DNA of 64,000 nucleotides. Source: Eledone cirrhosa (lineage: Eukaryota). Shown here piece by piece: positions 57,301-64,000 of the stretch (its first letter is position 1; every line of letters starts with the position of its first letter). The DNA is taken from the NCBI GenBank assembly GCA_964016885.1, contig OZ024742.1, positions 341,372,001-341,436,000 of the forward strand. The letters run 5' to 3'. Both the position numbers and the translations under genes were made by a program. The notes below the pieces were generated by a model, which saw only the letters and a program-made list of their open reading frames with translations, did no database searches and was not told the DNA's origin.

Positions 57301-60300
57301 CAACAGTAACAACAGCAACACTAACAACAACAACAGTAACAACAACAGTGACAACAACAACACTAACAACAACAACAGTAACAACAACACTAACAACAAC
57401 GACAGTTACAACAACAGTAACAACAACAACACTAACAACAACAACTGTAACATCAACACTAACAACAACGACAGTAACAACAACAGTAACGACAACAACA
57501 CTAACAACAACAGTAACAACAGTAACAACAACAACACTAACAACAACGACAGTAACAACAACAGTAACAACAACAACAGTAACAACAACAGTGACAACAA
57601 CAAACACTAACAACAACAACAGTAACAACAACACTAACAACAACGACAGTTACAACAACAATAACAACAACAACACTAACAACAACAACAGTAACAACAA
57701 CAGTAACAACAACAACAGTAACAACAACAGTAACAACAACAGTGACAATAACACTAACAACAACAACAGTAACAACAACACTAACAACAACGACAGTTAC
57801 AACAACAGTAACAACAACAACAGTAACAACAACAGTAACAACAACAGTAACAACAACAGTAACAACAACACTAACAACAACAGTAACAACAGTAACAACA
57901 ACAACACTAACAACAACAACACTAACAACAACAACAGTAACAACAACACTAACAACAACAACACTAACAACAACAACAGTGACAACAACAACACTAACAA
58001 CAACAACATTAACAACAATACTAACAACAACGATAGTAACAACAACAGTAACAACAACAACACTAACAACAACAGTAACAACAACAGTAACAACAACAAC
58101 ACTAACAACAACAACAGTAACAACAACACTAACAACAACAACAGTAACAACAACAGTAACAACAACAACAGTAACAACAACAGTAACAACAACAGTAACA
58201 ACAACAGTAACAACAACACTAACAACAACGACAGTAACAACGACAGTAACAACAACAGTAACAACAGTAACACCAACAACACTAACGACAACAAGAGTAA
58301 CAACAACAGTGACAACAACAACAGTAACAACAAAACTAACAACAACGACAGTAACAACGACAGTAACAACAACAGTAACAACAACAACACTAACAACAAC
58401 AGTAGCAAAAACAGTAACAACAACAACACTAACAACAACAGTAACAACAACACTAACAACAACAACAGTAACCATAACAGTAACAACAACAACAGTAACA
58501 ATAACAGTAACAACAACAGTAACAACAACACTAACAACAACAACAACAGTAACAACAACAGTAACAACAACACTAACAACAACAACAGTAACAACAACAG
58601 TAACAACAACACTAACAACAACAGTAATAAAAACACTAACAACAACAACAGTAACAACAACACTAACAACAACGACAGTTACAACAACAATAACAACAAC
58701 AACACTAACAACAACAACAGTAACAACAACAGTAACAACAACAACAGTAACAACAACAGTAACAACAACAGTGACAATAACACTAACAACAACAACAGTA
58801 ACAACAACACTAACAACAACGACAGTTACAACAACAGTAACAACAACAACAGTAACAACAACAGTAACAACAACAGTAACAACAACAGTAACAACAACAC
58901 TAACAACAACAGTAACAACAGTAACAACAACAACACTAACAACAACAACACTAACAACAACAACAGTAACAACAACACTAACAACAACAACACTAACAAC
59001 AACAACAGTGACAACAACAACACTAACAACAACAACATTAACAACAATACTAACAACAACGATAGTAACAACAACAGTAACAACAACAACACTAACAACA
59101 ACAGTAACAACAACAGTAACAACAACAACACTAACAACAACAACAGTAACAACAACACTAACAACAACAACAGTAACAACAACAGTAACAACAACAACAG
59201 TAACAACAACAGTAACAACAACAGTAACAACAACAGTAACAACAACACTAACAACAACGACAGTAACAACGACAGTAACAACAACAGTAACAACAGTAAC
59301 ACCAACAACACTAACGACAACAAGAGTAACAACAACAGTGACAACAACAACAGTAACAACAAAACTAACAACAACGACAGTAACAACGACAGTAACAACA
59401 ACAGTAACAACAACAACACTAACAACAACAGTAGCAAAAACAGTAACAACAACAACACTAACAACAACAGTAACAACAACACTAACAACAACAACAGTAA
59501 CCATAACAGTAACAACAACAACAGTAACAATAACAGTAACAACAACAGTAACAACAACACTAACAACAACAACAACAGTAACAACAACAGTAACAACAAC
59601 ACTAACAACAACAACAGTAACAACAACAGTAACAACAACACTAACAACAACAGTAATAAAAACAGTAACAACAACAACAGTAACAACAAGAGTAACAACA
59701 ACAACAGTAACAACAGCAGTAACAACAACAGTAACAACAACAACACTAACAACGACAACAACAGTAACAACAACAGTAACAACAACAGTAACAACAACAA
59801 CATTAACAACAGCAACAGTAACAACAACAGTAACAACAACACTAACAACAACGACAGTAACAACAACAGTAACGAAAACAACACTAACAACAACAGTAAC
59901 AACCACAACACTAGCAACAACAGTAGCAACAACAGTAACAACAACAGTAACAACAAAACTAACAACAACAGTAACAACAACACACAGTAACAACAACAGT
60001 AACAACAACACTAACAACAACAGTAACAACAATACTAAGAACAACAACAGTAACAACAACAGTAACAACAACACTAACAACAACAGTAACAACAACAGTA
60101 ACAACAACAGTAACAACAACACTAACAACAACAACACTAACAACAACAACAGTGACAACAACAACACTAACAACAACAACATTAACAACAATACTAACAA
60201 CAACGATAGTAACAACAACAGTAACAACAACAACACTAACAACAACAGTAGCAACAACAGTAACAACAACAACACTAACAACAACAACAGTAACAACAAC

Positions 60301-63300
60301 ACTAACAACAACAACAGTAACAACAACAGTAACAACAACAACAGTAACAACAACAGTAACAACAACAAAAGTAACAACAGCAATAACAACAACAGTAACA
60401 ACAACAACAGTAACAACAACAGTAACAACAACACTAACAACAACGACAGTAACAACAGTAAGGAAAACAACACTAACAACAACAGTAACAACAACAACAC
60501 TAACAATAACAGTAGCAACAACAGTAACAACAACAGTAACAACAACACTAACAACAACAACAGTAACAACAACAGTAACCATAACAGTAACAACAACAAC
60601 ATTAACAACAACAGTAACAACAACACTAACAACAATACTAACAACAACAACAGTAACAACAACAGTAACAACAACAGTAACAACAACGGTAACAACAACA
60701 ACACTAACAACAAAGGTAACAACAGTAACAACAGCAACACTAACAACAACAACAGTAACAACAACAGTGACAACAACAACACTAACAACAACAACAGTAA
60801 CAACAACACTAACAACAACGACAGTTACAACAACAGTAACAACAACAACACTAACAACAACAACTGTAACATCAACACTAACAACAACGACAGTAACAAC
60901 AACAGTAACGACAACAACACTAACAACAACAGTAACAACAGTAACAACAACAACACTAACAACAACGACAGTAACAACAACAGTAACAACAACAACAGTA
61001 ACAACAACAGTGACAACAACAAACACTAACAACAACAACAGTAACAACAACACTAACAACAACGACAGTTACAACAACAATAACAACAACAACACTAACA
61101 ACAACAACAGTAACAACAACAGTAACAACAACAACAGTAACAACAACAGTAACAACAACAGTGACAACAACACTAACAACAACAACAGTAACAACAACAC
61201 TAACAACAACGACAGTTACAACAACAGTAACAACAACAACAGTAACAACAACAGTAACAACAACAGTAACAACAACAGTAACAACAACACTAACAACAAC
61301 AGTAACAACAGTAACAACAACAACACTAACAACAACAACACTAACAACAACAACAGTAACAACAACACTAACAACAACAACACTAACAACAACAACAGTG
61401 ACAACAACAACACTAACAACAACAACATTAACAACAATACTAACAACAACGATAGTAACAACAACAGTAACAACAACAACACTAACAACAACAGTAGCAA
61501 CAACAGTAACAACAACAACACTAACAACAACAACAGTAACAACAACAACAGTAACAACAACAGTAACAACAACAACACTAACAACAACAACAGTAACAAC
61601 AACACTAACAACAACAACAGTAACAACAACAGTAACAACAACAACAGTAACAACAACAGTAACAACAACAGTAACAACAACAGTAACAACAACACTAACA
61701 ACAACGACAGTAACAACGACAGTAACAACAACAGTAACAACAGTAACACCAACAACACTAACGACAACAAGAGTAACAACAACAGTGACAACAACAACAG
61801 TAACAACAAAACTAACAACAACGACAGTAACAACGACAGTAACAACAACAGTAACAACAACAACACTAACAACAACAGTAGCAAAAACAGTAACAACAAC
61901 AACACTAACAACAACAGTAACAACAACACTAACAACAACAACAGTAACCATAACAGTAACAACAACAACAGTAACAATAACAGTAACAACAACAGTAACA
62001 ACAACACTAACAACAACAACAACAGTAACAACAACAGTAACAACAACACTAACAACAACAACAGTAACAACAACAGTAACAACAACACTAACAACAACAG
62101 TAATAAAAACAGTAACAACAACAACAGTAACAACAAGAGTAACAACAACAACAGTAACAACAGCAGTAACAACAACAGTAACAACAACAACACTAACAAC
62201 GACAACAACAGTAACAACAACAGTAACAACAACAGTAACAACAACAACATTAACAACAGCAACAGTAACAACAACAGTAACAACAACACTAACAACAACG
62301 ACAGTAACAACAACAGTAACGAAAACAACACTAACAACAACAGTAACAACCACAACACTAGCAACAACAGTAGCAACAACAGTAACAACAACAGTAACAA
62401 CAAAACTAACAACAACAGTAACAACAACACACAGTAACAACAACAGTAACAACAACACTAACAACAACAGTAACAACAATACTAAGAACAACAACAGTAA
62501 CAACAACAGTAACAACAACACTAACAACAACAGTAACAACAACAGTAACAACAACAGTAACAACAACACTAACAACAACAACACTAACAACAACAACAGT
62601 GACAACAACAACACTAACAACAACAACATTAACAACAATACTAACAACAACGATAGTAACAACAACAGTAACAACAACAACACTAACAACAACAGTAGCA
62701 ACAACAGTAACAACAACAACACTAACAACAACAACAGTAACAACAACACTAACAACAACAACAGTAACAACAACAGTAACAACAACAATAGTAACAACAA
62801 AAGTAACAACAACAGTAACAACAACACTAACAACAACGACAGTAACAACGACAGTAACAACAACAGTAACAACAGTAACACCAACAACACTAACGACAAC
62901 AAGAGTAACAACAACAGTGACAACAACAACAGTAACAACAAAACTAACAACAACGACAGTAACAACGACAGTAACAACAACAGTAACAACAACAACACTA
63001 ACAACAACAGTAGCAAAAACAGTAACAACAACAACACTAACAACAACAGTAACAACAACACTAACAACAACAACAGTAACCATAACAGTAACAACAACAA
63101 CAGTAACAATAACAGTAACAACAACAGTAACAACAACACTAACAACAACAACAGTAACAACAACAGTAACAACAACACTAACAACAACAACAGTAACAAC
63201 AACAGTAACAACAACACTAACAACAACAGTAATAAAAACAGTAACAACAACAACAGTAACAACAAAAGTAACAACAACAACAGTAACAACAGCAGTAACA

Positions 63301-64000
63301 ACAACAGTAACAACAACAACACTAACAACGACAACAACAGTAACAACAACAGTAACAACAACAGTAACAACAACAACATTAACAACAGCAACAGTAACAA
63401 CAACAGTAACAACAACACTAACAACAACGACAGTAACAACAACAGTAACGAAAACAACACTAACAACAACAGTAACAACCACAACACTAGCAACAACAGT
63501 AGCAACAACAGTAACAACAACAGTAACAACAAAACTAACAACAACAGTAACAACAACACACAGTAACAACAACAGTAACAACAACACTAACAACAACAGT
63601 AACAACAATACTAAGAACAACAACAGTAACAACAACAGTAACAACAACACTAACAACAACAGAACCAAAACAGTAACAACAACAACAGTAACAACAACAG
63701 TAACAACAACAACAGTAACAACAGCAGTAACAACGACAGTAACAACAACAGTAACAACAACACTAACAACAACGACAGTAACAACAACAGTAACGACAAC
63801 AACACTAACAACAACAGTAACAACAGTAACAACAACAACACTAACAACAACGACAGTAACAACAACAGTAACAACAACAACACTAACAACAGTAACAACA
63901 ACACTAACAACAACAACAGTAACAACAACAGTGACAACAACAGTAAAAACAACAACAACAGTAACAATAACACTAAAAACAACGATAGTTACAACAACAC
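30339..64000 (+). repeat. Giant (AAC)n-derived satellite, units mostly (AAC)2-5 plus AGT or ACT, with higher-order repeats
   Basis: Uninterrupted for >33 kb to the window end. Exact internal duplications of 1464 bp (ttgac at 32086/33550) and 1029 bp (gtgacaata at 57742/58771); landmark motifs recur ~16-17 kb apart. Confidence 0.97.

Noticed and set aside
30219-64000. Dozens of huge poly-Thr, poly-Asn, poly-Val and poly-Leu ORFs
   Set aside because: Four of six frames are open at once because of (AAC)n composition; no domains; frames switch at satellite landmarks.
30339-64000. Telomeric repeat
   Set aside because: No TTAGGG/CCCTAA units; variable unit length and kb-scale block duplications do not fit telomerase synthesis.

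Overview
AT-rich, repeat-only animal DNA with no intact host gene. The SINE families and microsatellite load suggest a cephalopod such as Octopus (inference). Positions 1-30200 are a nest of mobile elements, most of them bounded by (TA)n tracts. They include three Penelope-like retroelements (PLEs) on the minus strand: one nearly intact Neptune-type element with a probable -1 frameshift site and two decayed Nematis-type elements. There are many short PLE-terminus and fold-back derivatives, and at least eight distinct minimal type I hammerhead ribozyme (HHR) motifs. Among these are a 312-bp tandem retrozyme-like array and a family with a compensatory U3:A8 core. Also present are a 615-bp x ~6.8 tandem array, RTE LINE and mariner relics, tRNA-derived SINEs, and an unclassified 3.6-kb module with an SGNH-esterase pseudogene. 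Positions ~30340-64000 are one >33-kb (AAC)n-derived satellite punctuated by AGT/ACT triplets, with nested higher-order duplications up to ~16-17 kb. Its giant ORFs are most likely compositional artefacts.
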